DNA of 64,000 nt from Acidimicrobiales bacterium (GTDB taxonomy: Bacteria > Actinomycetota > Acidimicrobiia > Acidimicrobiales > SHLQ01): contig OZ244202.1 of NCBI GenBank assembly GCA_965216815.1, positions 1,297,762-1,361,761 on the forward strand, in the 5' to 3' direction. A program made the translations under genes and the position numbers. Shown here piece by piece: positions 48,009 to 59,627 of this stretch; positions within the stretch are counted from its first letter, which is position 1, and every line of letters starts with the position of its first letter. A model generated the notes under the pieces. That model was not told the origin of the DNA and did no database searches. It saw nothing but the letters and a program-made list of their open reading frames with translations.

Positions 48009-48235
48009 CAGTCTGGGTTTCAAACCGATGGTTGGCCGCTTAGCCTGACCGGACAATCGATTCAGTTGCCGAAGACATCCGGTGCGGTTCGCCCGCTTAA
48101 ACGAGCCAAGGCTTTGTATGGAGCCAACGCTCGGCCCGACGAGGTGGACACCCAACCGGCTCGACCGGTCTTGCGTTCGCTTCGACGTTCGGGGCGTGGT
48201 TTTGCACTGCGCCTACCAGACCAGGAAGTGACCAA
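48009..48235 (+). promoter_or_regulatory. long 5' leader of rplJ (possible L10 autoregulatory leader)
   Basis: 227-nt non-coding gap before rplJ, where L10(L12)n-binding leaders are known in other bacteria. No motif match could be made by eye. Confidence 0.25.
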
Positions 48236-49072
48236 ATGGGTGAACCACACCCCGACAAGGTGGCGGTCGTCGCCGAGGTGAAATCCAAGCTCGAGTCGGC
48301 CGATTCGGTGCTCATCACCGAGTACCGCGGCCTCGACGTGCCAGCCATGGCCGAGCTTCGCAAGGCGATCGGCGAAGCCGGCGGCGAGTACCGCATCTAC
48401 AAGAACACCCTCGTGCGTTTCGCCACGCGCGAGTTGGGCCTCGAGCTGGACGAGCTGCTCGTCGGGCCGACGGCGATCGCGTTCGTCGGCGAGCGTGCCG
48501 ACGGGTCGAAGGGTGATCCGGTCGGCGTCGCCAAGGCGGTAGTCGACTTCTCGAAGGAAAACGAGGCTCTCGTCATCAAGGGCGGTCTCCTCGAGTCGGA
48601 CGCCATGAGCGTCGACCAGATCAAGGCGCTGTCGAAGATCGCCCCGCGCGAGGAGCTTCTCTCCCGGCTGGCAGGTGGCCTGGCGGCGCCGATGCAGCGT
48701 TTCGCCGGCCTGTTGCAGGCGCTACCACGCGATTTCGCCTACGCACTCCAGGCCTTGATCGCCGAAGGGGGCGCATCCCCGGGCGGCGATGCCGAGGCTG
48801 CTGATGCTGCTGGTGAGGCAGATGGGTCCGCCGAAGGCGGCGATGATGCCGCTGGGTCTGCCGATGGCGGCGATGATGCCGCTGGGTCTGCCGATGGCGG
48901 CGATGCCGATGCTGCTGAGGCAGATGGGTCCGCCGATGGCGCTGACGGCGATGCCGAGGCTGCGGATAGGTCTGATGGGTCCGCCGAAGGCGGCGACGAT
49001 ATCGAAGGGTCCGCCGAAGGCGGCGACGATATCGAAGGGTCCGCCGAAGGCGGCGAAAGCAAGGAAGATTGA
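48236..49072 (+). CDS. rplJ: 50S ribosomal protein L10 with ~100 aa acidic repeat tail
   Basis: V.E....L..S......EYRGL.V..M.ELR and the L10 core to about residue 178, then a Gly/Asp/Ala/Glu repeat to the stop at 49070-49072. Confidence 0.9.
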   Translation: MGEPHPDKVAVVAEVKSKLESADSVLITEYRGLDVPAMAELRKAIGEAGGEYRIYKNTLVRFATRELGLELDELLVGPTAIAFVGERADGSKGDPVGVAKAVVDFSKENEALVIKGGLLESDAMSVDQIKALSKIAPREELLSRLAGGLAAPMQRFAGLLQALPRDFAYALQALIAEGGASPGGDAEAADAAGEADGSAEGGDDAAGSADGGDDAAGSADGGDADAAEADGSADGADGDAEAADRSDGSAEGGDDIEGSAEGGDDIEGSAEGGESKED

Positions 49073-49074
49073 TC

Positions 49075-49461
49075 ATGGCAACCAAAGAAGAGATTCTCGA
49101 CGCGATCGCCGAGATGAGCGTCCTCGACCTGAGCGAGCTGCTCAAGGAGTTCGAGGAGCGCTTCGGTGTCACCGCCGCGGCTCCTGTGGCTGCGGTGGCC
49201 GCTGCCCCCGGCGCTGGTGGAGGCGAGGGAGATGCCGGAGCCGAGGACAAGGACGAGTTCGACGTCATCCTCACGAGCGCGGGCGAAAAGAAGATCAACG
49301 TCATCAAGGAGGTGCGCGGCCTCACGAGTCTCGGGCTGAAGGAAGCCAAAGAGCTCGTCGACGGTGCACCCCAGCCCGTGCTCGAGAATGCCTCGAAGGA
49401 AGATGCGGAGAAGGCGAAGGAAGCCCTCGAGGCCGCCGGCGCCGACGTCGAATTGAAGTAG
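49075..49461 (+). CDS. rplL: 50S ribosomal protein L7/L12
   Basis: [19 protein letters not shown]...FEE.FGV and C-terminal KEAKELV...P..V.E..SKE.AE..K..LE.AGA.VELK. AAGGAAG lies 7 nt upstream of ATG 49075. Confidence 0.95.
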   Translation: MATKEEILDAIAEMSVLDLSELLKEFEERFGVTAAAPVAAVAAAPGAGGGEGDAGAEDKDEFDVILTSAGEKKINVIKEVRGLTSLGLKEAKELVDGAPQPVLENASKEDAEKAKEALEAAGADVELK

Positions 49462-49818
49462 GGTTTCGGTCCCGAACCAAAGGTTCGGGACCGAGTCTCG
49501 GTATGTGCGGCTAACGCCGCGCGGCCTTCGGTGCTACGGGCGGCGAAGCCGCCCTTCGCACGTCGGGGGGCTCCGGCAGGAGCCTCCGCCCCCCGAACCC
49601 CCCGCCGGCACCCACGCCGCCGGGCGAGCGAAGCGTCGCCCGGGAGGGGGATTGGAAGGGGGACGATTCCACTCGTCCCCCTTCCCCAGTCCCGGGACCG
49701 GCTTTGCCGGCCCGGACTGCGATAAAACGACCGGCCGACAGGCCGGGCCCTCCAGAAACTCGATTCGGAACCTCTGGTTCCGAATCGAAACTCCGAAACC
49801 TATGGTTCGGAAGCGAAA
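49462..49818. repeat. array of consecutive GC-rich hairpins between convergent genes
   Basis: Clean stems at 49467-49493, 49538-49554, 49569-49584, 49621-49642, 49654-49685, 49761-49787 and 49792-49812. Confidence 0.65.
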
Positions 49819-51105
49819 TCAGTGTCTGATCCAGGGGCCTGGGGGGCCGATGTCCAGGAACTTCGTGGTGCAGCCGATGTTGGTGTTGGTGCCGGCGCCG
49901 CGGTTGATCGCGTATGCGCAGATCGTGTGCTCTCCGTCGACATCGGGGGCGTCGACCGGGCCTGCGAAGCCGGTGAGGCCGGTTATGCCGAGCGCTCGAG
50001 CCACGTCGGGTCGTGGATGGTGGGTGTCGACGTGCCCGAGCATGCGGTTGCGAACGTAGACGTGGACCTGGGTGGGTTCACCCTCATCGGGATCGTGGGC
50101 CCACCCGCGCACGATCAACTCGTCGCCGTCCACTTCGACGCGGTCGAGAGCACCCACCGGTGAGCTCTCGACGCCGAAGCTGCGGCATCCGAGCGCGCTG
50201 TTCGGTCGACGATCACCGGAGTTGATCGCGTAGGTGCAGAGCGTGTGGTCGCCATCGCGCGCTGGTCGGTCGATCTGTGAGCGGTAGCCGTGGTTCGGTC
50301 CCACCGCGTGCGCGGCCGCGACGTCGGGGCGGGGCCGGTCGGCACGAACGGCCTGCACGAACCGCCCGTCGACGTAGACGTGCACGGCGATCGGGCCTGT
50401 CGTGTCCCTGTCGAATGCCCAGCCTCCGACCGTGATGGTCGACCCGACCGTGACCGAATCGAGCGTACCGATCGGTGCTCGATCGACGCCGTCGATTTCG
50501 CGCACGTGGCCGGCGATCAGTTCGGCCATGGCGATCTGGCCGGCCTTGCGCAGGTGCACCCCGTCGTTTTCGAGGTGCTCGGGCCGTGCCGTCGAAGCCC
50601 AATCTGCGATCGTGATCTCGGGCCAGCGGGTGGCCGCCGCCCGGATGTCAGCGTTGATCGATCTCATCGACGGGTGCCAGAGGTGAGCGTTGACCCACAC
50701 GACGTTGGACACGCCGAGCGACCTGAGCTGCGCCATCAGCGCATCGAGCTCCCGGGCGTAGGTCGACGGTGTGAAGAAGTGGTTGTTCGTGAGGGACACG
50801 ACGACCGTGTCGCCGATCTGGTCGCGATATTTGCCGATTTCGTTGGTGACTATCGGCAGCCGAAGTCCCGGAAAGGCGAGGAATCCGAGTGCGTGGTCGG
50901 GCAGTGCGGCATCGAGCTCTTCGAGTGCTCCCTGGGCAACCGAATCCGACGCCATGAACAGTGGAATCGGCGCCAGACCGGCCAGAGCAGCGGCTCGTTC
51001 CGCGTTGGCGTCTGGGGCCGCGTGCGCGCCCAGAAGAACCGCGGCACCCAACACGAAGAGAACGCCGATGGAACCCCGACGGTGGCTACGCATCGGCGAG
51101 ATCAT
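49819..51105 (-). CDS. secreted SGNH/GDSL-like hydrolase with two tandem C-terminal repeat domains
   Basis: Signal-like N-terminus. ASDSV (block I-like) and NDGVHL (block V DxxH). Two ~100 aa repeats of pattern P.G.LD.V.V.......GWA.D.D.......VHVYV......V....PRPDVA...C.YAIN......N..GC. Confidence 0.7.
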   Translation of the reverse strand: MISPMRSHRRGSIGVLFVLGAAVLLGAHAAPDANAERAAALAGLAPIPLFMASDSVAQGALEELDAALPDHALGFLAFPGLRLPIVTNEIGKYRDQIGDTVVVSLTNNHFFTPSTYARELDALMAQLRSLGVSNVVWVNAHLWHPSMRSINADIRAAATRWPEITIADWASTARPEHLENDGVHLRKAGQIAMAELIAGHVREIDGVDRAPIGTLDSVTVGSTITVGGWAFDRDTTGPIAVHVYVDGRFVQAVRADRPRPDVAAAHAVGPNHGYRSQIDRPARDGDHTLCTYAINSGDRRPNSALGCRSFGVESSPVGALDRVEVDGDELIVRGWAHDPDEGEPTQVHVYVRNRMLGHVDTHHPRPDVARALGITGLTGFAGPVDAPDVDGEHTICAYAINRGAGTNTNIGCTTKFLDIGPPGPWIRH

Positions 51106-51129
51106 ACTCACCGTGGGAGTCCTGGAGCC

Positions 51130-51158
51130 TTGACCACCGGAAACGGTCGGTTTACCCT
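51130..51158 (+). promoter_or_regulatory. candidate sigma-70-type promoter upstream of rpoB
   Basis: TTGACC - 17 nt - TACCCT, about 195 nt upstream of the rpoB GTG. Consensus match only. Confidence 0.25.
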
Positions 51159-51352
51159 TTCTTGAAGCGAATAGCGACGTACACGCCCAATGGGGTTGTG
51201 GCCGCTGTGCCGCGCGCTCTAGCATGTGAAGTTGCCGTGGTCGTCAGCTCGTCATGTCGTGGTTTTCACTGCGTCATTCGCGCGCGCACACCCGTCATAT
51301 CGTGCCCGTCGATTTCGTGAGCGGTTCGCACCGCGCACAACAGGAGTCGTAA

Positions 51353-54300
51353 GTGTCTGCTCTCGCAGTTGTCCGCGACCGCTATTCCTTCGGCAACATC
51401 GCCGAAGCTCTCGATCTGCCCGATCTCATCGCTGTTCAGCATGAGTCGTTCACCTGGCTGCTCGATCAAGGTCTCGCCGAGACCTTCAGCGACATAAGTC
51501 CCATCAAGGACTTCCAGGAGCGACTTCAGCTCGAGCTCGAGTTCGACCCGACCGACGAGGACCTGCGCCCGCCGCCGAAGTTCACGGTCGAGGAGTGCAA
51601 AGAAAAGGACATGACCTACAGCGCGCCGATCTTCGTGCGCGCTCGTTTCATGAACTCCGACACGGGCGAGATCAAAGAGCAGACCGTGTTCATGGGCGAC
51701 TTCCCGATGATGACCGACAAGGGCACGTTCGTCATCAACGGCACCGAGCGAGTCGTCGTATCCCAGCTCGTCCGCTCGCCCGGCGTCATCTTCCAGCCCG
51801 GCGAGCGGTACAGGCTTCGCAACCTGGCGAAGCATCAGCTCGTCACGGGCACGATTCATCCATACCGCGGCGAATGGGTCGAGTTCGATGTCGAACAGAA
51901 GCCGGGCAAGGACGTCACCGCGGGGTGTCGCGTCGCCCGCAAGCGGCGGCTCAGCCTCTTCGTGCTGCTGCGTGCCCTCGGCTACGACGAGGAGAACGCG
52001 CCCGGTTTCCTCGACCGGTTCGTCAACCACTTCGACTTCCTAGAGGGTCAGTGGGAAAAGGACCGAGAGCTGGCACCGACCCAGGACGAGGCGCTCGTCG
52101 AGATCTACAAGCGTGCCCGTCCGGGGGAACCGCCGACAGTCGAGTCAGCACGCAACTACTTCCGCAACGCGTTCTTCGAGTCCCGCCGCTACGACCTTTC
52201 GCGCGTCGGTCGCTACAAGCTGAATCGCAAGCTCGGTCCCGAGATCGAGCACATAGAGAAGCTATTCGGCCTCGACCTCGAGCGACCCGACCCAGAACAG
52301 CCGGTGCTGTCCCAGAGCGAAGTGCTCGCCGCGTGCACCTATCTGTTGCATCTCGCCAAGGGTGAACCCGGGTACCGGCTCGACGACCAGGACCACTTCG
52401 CGAACCGTCGCATCCGTTCGGTCGGTGAGCTCATCCAGAACCAGGTGCGCATCGGTCTGTCACGCATGGAGCGGGTGGTGCGCGAACGCATGACCACCCA
52501 GGATGTTGAAGCGATCACGCCTCAGACACTCATCAACATCCGGCCGGTCGTCGCCGCGATCAAGGAGTTCTTCGGAACCTCCCAGCTGAGTCAGTTCATG
52601 GACCAGGTCAACCCGTTGTCCGGTCTCACTCACCGTCGCCGACTGTCGGCGCTCGGACCCGGCGGGCTGTCGCGCGAGCGCGCCGGCTTCGAGGTGCGAG
52701 ACGTGCACTTCAGCCACTACGGCCGCATGTGCCCCATCGAGACGCCCGAGGGTCCGAACATCGGTCTCATCGGCGCGCTGGCGACTTTCGGACGGGTCAA
52801 CCCGTTCGGTTTCATCGAGTCGCCGTACCGGGTTGTCAAGAAGGGCAAGGTCACCGACGAGATCGTTTTCCTCGCCGCTGACGAGGAGGAGGAGTACGTC
52901 GTCGCGCAGGCGAACGCGCCCATCGACGACAAGGGTAAGTTCGTCAACGAGCGGGTGCTCGTCCGCCGCTCACCGCAGGCGGCGTCGCTCCAAGATCTCC
53001 GGCTCCAGCTCGAACAAGACGTCTTCTTCGGTGCGACGACCGAGATCTCCTACGTCCCGCCCGAAGAGGTCCAGCTCATGGACGTCTCTCCGAAGCAGAT
53101 CGTCTCGGTCGCCACGGCGTTGATCCCGTTCCTCGAACACGACGACGCCAACCGTGCGCTCATGGGTGCGAACATGCAGCGCCAGGCCGTGCCACTGCTC
53201 ACAGCCGAGGCCCCATACATCGGTACCGGCATCGAGGACCGGGCGGCGCGCGACGCAGCCGACATGGTCATCGCCGAGGAAGACGGGGTTGTCACCGAGC
53301 TCGACGGCCGTCTCATCACAGTCGAGTACAAGAACAAGGGCAAGCAGTCCTACCGGTTGTTGAAGTTCGAGCGGTCCAACCAGGACAGCTGCATCAACCA
53401 GAAGCCCCGCGTCAGCGAGGGCGATCGCATCAAGAAGGGCCAGATCCTCGCCGACGGTCCCTCGACCGACAACGGCGAGCTCGCGCTCGGTAAGAACCTG
53501 CTGGTCGCGTTCATGCCGTGGGAGGGCTACAACTTCGAGGACGCGATCATCCTCTCCGAGCGGCTGGTGCGAGACGACGTTCTCACCTCGATCCACATCC
53601 ACGAGCACGAGGTGGATGCCCGCGACACCAAACTCGGCCCCGAGGACATCACCCGAGACATACCGAATCTCTCCGACGACATCCTCGCCGACCTCGACGA
53701 GCGCGGGATCATTCGCGTCGGCGCCGAGGTCGGACCAGGCGATGTGCTCGTCGGCAAGGTCACGCCCAAGGGTGAAACCGAGCTGACCCCTGAGGAACGT
53801 CTGCTTCGGGCGATCTTCGGCGAGAAGGCCCGGGAGGTGCGCGACACCTCTCTCAAGGTGCCTCACGGCGAGTCCGGCAAGGTCATCGATGTAAAGGTGT
53901 TCAGTCGCGACGAAGAGCACGAGCTTCCGCCAGGCGTCAATCAGCTGGTTCGTGTCTATGTCGCCCAGAAGCGCAAGATCAGCGTGGGTGACAAGCTCGC
54001 GGGCCGCCACGGCAACAAGGGGGTCATCTCCAAGATCCTTCCGGTCGAGGACATGCCCCACCTCGCCGACGGAACAGCAGTCGACATCATCCTCAACCCG
54101 CTCGGCGTTCCGAGCCGTATGAATGTCGGGCAGGTACTCGAGGCTCACCTCGGCTATTGCGCCCGCTGGGGCTGGGATATCGACGGTGACGAGGTCGGTG
54201 AGACGCCGGTGCGCGGCACCGAGTTCAAGACCCGGCCGAACACACCGCCAGCGACGCTCGTCGCCACCCCCGTGTTCGACGGAGCGACCTGGGACGTCGA

Positions 54301-54937
54301 AGAGCTTGCAGGCTCGCATCCGACGATCCAGCAGATCCTCGGCGGTATCCGACCCGAGTCGGTCGACGGTGAACGTATGGTCGGAACCGACGGCAAGGCC
54401 CGCTTGTTCAACGGGCGCACCGGTGAGCCCTATGACAACCCGGTGATGGTCGGCTACATGTACATCCTGAAGCTGGCCCATCTCGTCGACGACAAGATCC
54501 ACGCACGCTCGACCGGGCCCTACTCGATGATCACCCAGCAGCCGTTGGGTGGCAAGGCGCAGTTCGGCGGGCAGCGGTTCGGCGAGATGGAGGTGTGGGC
54601 ACTCGAGGCCTACGGCGCCTCCTACTGCCTACAGGAGCTGCTCACGATCAAGTCCGACGACGTGCTCGGCCGAGTCAAGGTCTACGAAGCGATCGTCAAG
54701 GGCGAGAACATCCCCGAACCCGGCATCCCCGAGTCCTTCAAGGTGCTCATCAAGGAGATGCAGGCGCTGTGCCTCAATGTCGAGGTGCTGTCGCATGCCG
54801 GCCAGGAGATCGAGATGCGTGAACTGGACGAGGACATCTTCCGCACCGCCGAGGAGCTGGGCATCGACCTGTCCCGGCCCGAGCGAGGTTCGGACGAAGA
54901 AGACGCGAAGCGTGCCGCCGAGCGCGCCAGCCGCTGA
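51353..54937 (+). CDS. rpoB: DNA-directed RNA polymerase subunit beta
   Basis: GTG start with AGGAG upstream. Full-length RpoB motifs ([37 protein letters not shown]). Confidence 0.97.
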   Translation: MSALAVVRDRYSFGNIAEALDLPDLIAVQHESFTWLLDQGLAETFSDISPIKDFQERLQLELEFDPTDEDLRPPPKFTVEECKEKDMTYSAPIFVRARFMNSDTGEIKEQTVFMGDFPMMTDKGTFVINGTERVVVSQLVRSPGVIFQPGERYRLRNLAKHQLVTGTIHPYRGEWVEFDVEQKPGKDVTAGCRVARKRRLSLFVLLRALGYDEENAPGFLDRFVNHFDFLEGQWEKDRELAPTQDEALVEIYKRARPGEPPTVESARNYFRNAFFESRRYDLSRVGRYKLNRKLGPEIEHIEKLFGLDLERPDPEQPVLSQSEVLAACTYLLHLAKGEPGYRLDDQDHFANRRIRSVGELIQNQVRIGLSRMERVVRERMTTQDVEAITPQTLINIRPVVAAIKEFFGTSQLSQFMDQVNPLSGLTHRRRLSALGPGGLSRERAGFEVRDVHFSHYGRMCPIETPEGPNIGLIGALATFGRVNPFGFIESPYRVVKKGKVTDEIVFLAADEEEEYVVAQANAPIDDKGKFVNERVLVRRSPQAASLQDLRLQLEQDVFFGATTEISYVPPEEVQLMDVSPKQIVSVATALIPFLEHDDANRALMGANMQRQAVPLLTAEAPYIGTGIEDRAARDAADMVIAEEDGVVTELDGRLITVEYKNKGKQSYRLLKFERSNQDSCINQKPRVSEGDRIKKGQILADGPSTDNGELALGKNLLVAFMPWEGYNFEDAIILSERLVRDDVLTSIHIHEHEVDARDTKLGPEDITRDIPNLSDDILADLDERGIIRVGAEVGPGDVLVGKVTPKGETELTPEERLLRAIFGEKAREVRDTSLKVPHGESGKVIDVKVFSRDEEHELPPGVNQLVRVYVAQKRKISVGDKLAGRHGNKGVISKILPVEDMPHLADGTAVDIILNPLGVPSRMNVGQVLEAHLGYCARWGWDIDGDEVGETPVRGTEFKTRPNTPPATLVATPVFDGATWDVEELAGSHPTIQQILGGIRPESVDGERMVGTDGKARLFNGRTGEPYDNPVMVGYMYILKLAHLVDDKIHARSTGPYSMITQQPLGGKAQFGGQRFGEMEVWALEAYGASYCLQELLTIKSDDVLGRVKVYEAIVKGENIPEPGIPESFKVLIKEMQALCLNVEVLSHAGQEIEMRELDEDIFRTAEELGIDLSRPERGSDEEDAKRAAERASR

Positions 54938-54954
54938 GCGCGAGGGGAACGAAC

Positions 54955-57900
54955 ATGTTGGACGTCAACGACTTCAGTCAGCTTCGAATCGGGCTCGCCA
55001 CCGCGGACAGCATCCGCATGTGGTCGAACGGCGAGGTGAAGAAGCCCGAAACCATCAACTACCGCACGCTCAAGCCTGAAAAGGACGGCCTCTTCTGCGA
55101 GAAGATCTTCGGTCCGACCAAGGACTGGGAGTGCTACTGCGGCAAGTACAAGAGGGTGCGCTTCAAGGGCATCATCTGTGAGCGCTGTGGTGTCGAGGTG
55201 ACCCGATCGAAGGTGCGCCGTGAGCGCATGGGCCACATCGAGCTCGCCGCGCCGGTCGTACACATCTGGTATCTCCGTGGCACGCGTTCGTGGCTGGCCT
55301 ATCTGCTCATGGGCACCGAGCCGCGCGAGGAACTGAAGGCCAAGCAGCTCGAGAAGGTCATCTACTTCGCTGCCAACCTCGTCACCTGGGTCGACGAGGA
55401 CAAGCGCGACGAAGACATGCCGAGCATCGAGGCCGAGGTGCTCGCCGAGCGCGACGAGATCGTGTCCGAGCGCGAAGTGACCCTCGCCGAGCGGCAGAAG
55501 CAGCTCGAGGACGAGCTCGAAACGCTCGAAAAGGACGGAGCGAAGGACTCCGAGCTCAAGGCGCTCCAGAAGGCGGCCGAGAAGGACCTCGAGGCGATCC
55601 GCGAACGCTACGAGGAGGAGCTCGAGACCCTCGAGCGCGCCCTCGAGGAGTTCAAGGCTCTGTTCGGTCGCCAGATTCTCGAAGACGAGATGCTGTGGCG
55701 TGAACTGGTCGATCGCTGGGGCGAGTATTTCGAGGGTGGCATGGGTGCCGACGCGATCGCGCAGCTCATCGCCCGCATCGACTTCGACTCCGAGGAGGAA
55801 CGGCTGCGCGAGCAGATCGATCCTCCAGAAGGCCAGAAGCCGCTGTCCGCACAGCGCAAGCAGAAGGCGATCAAGCGACTGAAGATCGTCGCTGCGTTCA
55901 ACCGTCGCAACGACCAGGGCCGCCGCGTCAACGACCCGCGCGCCATGATCCTCGACGTCGTGCCGGTCATCCCGCCCGAGCTGCGTCCCATGGTGCAGCT
56001 CGACGGTGGCCGCTTCGCGACATCCGACCTCAACGACCTGTACCGGCGGGTCATCAACCGCAACAACCGGCTCAAGCGACTCCTCGATCTCGGCGCACCC
56101 GAGATCATCGTCAACAACGAGAAGCGCATGTTGCAGGAGGCCGTCGACGCGCTGTTCGACAACGGCCGACGCGGTCGGCCGGTGACCGGCCCGGGCAACC
56201 GACCTCTCAAGTCGCTCTCCGACATGTTGAAGGGCAAGCAGGGTCGGTTCCGCCAGAACCTGCTCGGCAAACGTGTCGACTACTCGGGCCGTTCGGTCAT
56301 CGTCGTCGGCCCGACGCTAGAGCTTCACCAATGCGGGTTGCCCAAGATCATGGCGCTCGAGCTGTTCAAACCCTTCGTCATGAAGAGGCTCGTCGACAGC
56401 GAGTTGGCTCAGAACATCAAGTCGGCCAAGCGCATGGTCGAGCGTCGCAAGCCACAGGTTTGGGACGTGCTCGACGACGTGATCAAGGAACACCCGGTCA
56501 TGTTGAATCGCGCCCCGACTCTGCATCGTCTCGGTATCCAGGCGTTCGAGCCGGTGCTCGTCGAGGGCAAGGCGATTCAGATCCATCCGCTCGTGTGCAC
56601 CGCTTTCAACGCGGACTTCGACGGCGACCAGATGGCGGTTCACCTGCCGCTGTCGGCAGAAGCGCAGGCCGAGGCACGCGTGCTGATGCTGTCGGCGAAC
56701 AATGTCTTGAGCCCGGCGCATGGTCGACCACTCGTCACCCCGACCCAGGACATGATCATCGGTGCGGCCTACCTCACCGCTGAGATCGAGGGTGGCGTAG
56801 GCGAGGGGCGGGTTTTCCGCGACATCCGTGAGCTCGAGACCGCCTACGAGGCGGGCGACGTCGCGCTTCACGCGAATATCCAGTTCCGCACACCGAAGCT
56901 CATCGAGACACCGGCGAACGGTTCGGCGGCGACGTACCACCCGACCACCGTCGGCCGCGTGTTCTTCAACAACGCGCTTCCCGACGAGTTCGACTTCGTG
57001 AACGAGCCGGTCGACAAGAGGGTCATGGGCGTTCTGGTCGACACCCTGGCTCACGGCTACCCCAAGGCCGTCGTGGCCGAGAGCCTCGATGCGGTCAAGA
57101 ACCTCTGCTATCGCTACGCGACCCAGTCGGGTCTGACCATCTCGGTCGACGATGTCCGGACGCCGCCCGACAAGCAGGAGATCCTCGATTCCTACGAAGC
57201 CGACGCCGACAAGGTCGAGCAGCAGTTCAGGCGCGGCATCATCACCGACGGCGAGCGCCGCCAGAAGGAAGTCGAGATCTGGAGCGAGGCGACCGACCAG
57301 ATCAAGGACCGCATGGAGGTCGAGCTGCGCTCGCAGGACTTCAACCCGGTGATGCTCATGGTCGGATCGGGTGCCCGGGGCAACATGATGCAGGTGCGTC
57401 AGATCGCCGGCATGCGCGGTCTGGTCGCCAACCCGCGCGGCGACATGATTCCGCGCCCGATCAAGTCCAACTTCCGCGAGGGTCTCGCGATGCTCGAGTA
57501 CTTCATCGCGACACCGGGTGCGAGGAAGGGTCTCGTCGACACAGCGTTGCGCACCGCCGACTCCGGCTACCTCACACGCCGTCTCGTCGACGTCGCGCAG
57601 GAGTTGATAGTCAACGACGAGGATCCGTTCGACACCGACGGTGCAGTGCGTGGAATCTGGATCGAGGACGTCGAGCCTGATACGCCCGAGAAGCGCACGT
57701 ACCTCGAGACCCGGCTGTTCAGCCGGACGCTCGCCGACGATGTGAAGACCTCCGACGACACGACCTTCGAGAAGGGCACGATCGTCACCGAGTCGATGAT
57801 GGAGAAGTTGCGCGACGACCCGGATGTCACGAGGGTGCGGGTGCTCTCTCCGCTCACCGACAACTCCGACTTCGGTCTGTCGGGCGCTTCCTATGGCATG

Positions 57901-58890
57901 TCGCTCGCGACCGGAGGCCCGATCGAGACCGGCGAGGCCGTCGGTGTCATCGCAGCTCAGTCGATCGGCGAGCCGGGAACGCAGCTGACCATGCGTACCT
58001 TCCACACCGGAGGTGTGGCCGGATCCCAGGACATCGCCGGTGGTTTGCCTCGCGTCGTCGAGCTGTTCGAGGCTCGTAGCCCCAAGGGCAAGGCGGTGCT
58101 TGCACGAACATCGGGAGCGGTCCGCATCGGCGAGGACGAGGGCAAGGGTCGTGTCATCACGATCGTCGACGACGAGGGCGAAGAGGACACCTACATCGTG
58201 CCGGTGCAGGCTCGCCTCGAGTACTCCGATGGCGACGAGATCGCTGCAGGAGACGCACTCGTCGAGGGTGCCCGCGACCCCAAGGAGCTCCTCGAGATCA
58301 AGGGCGTTCGCGAGACACAGCAGTACCTCGTCAACGAGGTGCAGAAGGTGTATCGGGATCAGGGCGTGTCGATCCACGACAAGCACATCGAGCTCATCGT
58401 CAGGCAGATGACGCGGCGGGTGGCGATCCACGAACCCGGCGAGAGCGAGTTCCTGCCCGGCGAGCGAGTCGACCAGAAGGTGTTCGCCGACGCGAACCGA
58501 CGCCTCGTCGAGGAAGGAAAGACGCCTGCGGAGGGACGGCCCGAGCTGATGGGCATCACCAAGGCATCGCTCGCAACCGACTCGTGGCTGTCGGCGGCAT
58601 CGTTCCAGGAGACGACCCGAGTGCTCACCGAGGCGGCGATCGAGTCCAAGAGCGATGGTCTGCTCGGTCTCAAGGAGAACATCATCATCGGCAAGTTGAT
58701 CCCGGCCGGTACCGGGCTGAAGCGGTACCGCAACATCGACGCACATGCACCGGACTACGAGCCGATGGAGTTCTACTCCTCCGACGAGGACGACGACGCC
58801 GACCTGGCCGAATGGCTGGCCGACAAGGCCGAAGGCGAAGGTGCACCATTGGCCGACGTCATCGACCTCGCCACCGACTCGAAAGCCTGA
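54955..58890 (+). CDS. rpoC: DNA-directed RNA polymerase subunit beta'
   Basis: Zinc-binding CYCGKYK...C..CGVEV, catalytic [12 protein letters not shown], and other RpoC motifs. Confidence 0.97.
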   Translation: MLDVNDFSQLRIGLATADSIRMWSNGEVKKPETINYRTLKPEKDGLFCEKIFGPTKDWECYCGKYKRVRFKGIICERCGVEVTRSKVRRERMGHIELAAPVVHIWYLRGTRSWLAYLLMGTEPREELKAKQLEKVIYFAANLVTWVDEDKRDEDMPSIEAEVLAERDEIVSEREVTLAERQKQLEDELETLEKDGAKDSELKALQKAAEKDLEAIRERYEEELETLERALEEFKALFGRQILEDEMLWRELVDRWGEYFEGGMGADAIAQLIARIDFDSEEERLREQIDPPEGQKPLSAQRKQKAIKRLKIVAAFNRRNDQGRRVNDPRAMILDVVPVIPPELRPMVQLDGGRFATSDLNDLYRRVINRNNRLKRLLDLGAPEIIVNNEKRMLQEAVDALFDNGRRGRPVTGPGNRPLKSLSDMLKGKQGRFRQNLLGKRVDYSGRSVIVVGPTLELHQCGLPKIMALELFKPFVMKRLVDSELAQNIKSAKRMVERRKPQVWDVLDDVIKEHPVMLNRAPTLHRLGIQAFEPVLVEGKAIQIHPLVCTAFNADFDGDQMAVHLPLSAEAQAEARVLMLSANNVLSPAHGRPLVTPTQDMIIGAAYLTAEIEGGVGEGRVFRDIRELETAYEAGDVALHANIQFRTPKLIETPANGSAATYHPTTVGRVFFNNALPDEFDFVNEPVDKRVMGVLVDTLAHGYPKAVVAESLDAVKNLCYRYATQSGLTISVDDVRTPPDKQEILDSYEADADKVEQQFRRGIITDGERRQKEVEIWSEATDQIKDRMEVELRSQDFNPVMLMVGSGARGNMMQVRQIAGMRGLVANPRGDMIPRPIKSNFREGLAMLEYFIATPGARKGLVDTALRTADSGYLTRRLVDVAQELIVNDEDPFDTDGAVRGIWIEDVEPDTPEKRTYLETRLFSRTLADDVKTSDDTTFEKGTIVTESMMEKLRDDPDVTRVRVLSPLTDNSDFGLSGASYGMSLATGGPIETGEAVGVIAAQSIGEPGTQLTMRTFHTGGVAGSQDIAGGLPRVVELFEARSPKGKAVLARTSGAVRIGEDEGKGRVITIVDDEGEEDTYIVPVQARLEYSDGDEIAAGDALVEGARDPKELLEIKGVRETQQYLVNEVQKVYRDQGVSIHDKHIELIVRQMTRRVAIHEPGESEFLPGERVDQKVFADANRRLVEEGKTPAEGRPELMGITKASLATDSWLSAASFQETTRVLTEAAIESKSDGLLGLKENIIIGKLIPAGTGLKRYRNIDAHAPDYEPMEFYSSDEDDDADLAEWLADKAEGEGAPLADVIDLATDSKA

Positions 58891-58902
58891 GGCGGTTGCG
58901 GA

Positions 58903-59247
58903 TTAGGTGACGATCGCGGCACCCGCTGCGAGCGACACCGTTGCGATCAAGAACGCGCCGACACCGACCACCCTCGTGAGGCCGACCTGAGGAACCGCCG
59001 ACGGTGGTGAGCTCGGGTCGTGTAGGAGATTGTCGTTGGCGGCCGCCCACCACAACAGGCTGCCGCCTCCGGCGACGCTCATGACGCCGATCAGCCCCCA
59101 CCAAGGATGACCGGCAGTCGAGACGACGCGCGTGAACACGACACCGGCGACCATGAAGGCGATCGACGTACGCTCCCATGCCAGCGCGGTGCGCTCGTGC
59201 TGGAGCCCGGGCACCTCTTCACTGGTCTGGTCGGCTTCGCTTTCCAT
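58903..59247 (-). CDS. DUF202 (YidH-like) membrane protein
   Basis: ERTALAWERTS motif followed by TM helices. Confidence 0.7.
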   Translation of the reverse strand: MESEADQTSEEVPGLQHERTALAWERTSIAFMVAGVVFTRVVSTAGHPWWGLIGVMSVAGGGSLLWWAAANDNLLHDPSSPPSAVPQVGLTRVVGVGAFLIATVSLAAGAAIVT

Positions 59248-59606
59248 CAGGCCAGCTCGTCGATGAGCAGCAGCGCTGCGGCGACGAGAGCGACGAGCGC
59301 TGTGCCGACGGCCATCAGGCGTGGAAGATGAGATGCAGGGAGTGCTTCACCGAGTCGCATCGCTCGCTCGTTCGCTGCCCAACGACGATAAGCCGTGCCC
59401 GCCGTTGCGACGCTCAACACCAACAACAGGATGCCGAGGGCATCCGACCCTCTGAAGTCGAGGAGGCTGATCGAGCCGAGACCTCCGGCGGTTAGGGCGA
59501 GAGCGGTGCGAACCCAGGCGAGAAACGTGCGCTCGTTGGCGAGGGTGAAGCGGTAATCAGGCTCCTCCCCGACGGAACGAGGGTCTTCCGGCAGAAGGCG
59601 GGCCAT
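59247..59606 (-). CDS. DUF202 (YidH-like) membrane protein
   Basis: LANERTFLAWVRTAL motif followed by TM helices. TGATG junction with the downstream paralogue. Confidence 0.7.
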   Translation of the reverse strand: MARLLPEDPRSVGEEPDYRFTLANERTFLAWVRTALALTAGGLGSISLLDFRGSDALGILLLVLSVATAGTAYRRWAANERAMRLGEALPASHLPRLMAVGTALVALVAAALLLIDELA

Positions 59607-59627
59607 TGCGGCACCGTAGCCGCTTCC

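Noticed and set aside
48009-48235. Confident call of an Rfam L10 leader
   Set aside because: Only position and length support it. I could not recognise the conserved structure by eye, so it is kept as a low-confidence feature.
49505-50059. 184-aa plus-strand ORF across the rplL-SGNH spacer
   Set aside because: It covers the hairpin array and the antisense strand of the SGNH gene. Its composition is Pro/Gly/Arg-rich and it has no RBS.
56317-58746. 809-aa minus-strand ORF
   Set aside because: It lies entirely antisense to rpoC, whose identity is unambiguous. It is a GC-bias artefact. The same applies to 52970-54502 (antisense to rpoB), 4861-6180 (nuoF), 6506-7549 and 7679-8734 (nuoG), and 24574-25665 and 25936-27024 (nuoL2/M2).
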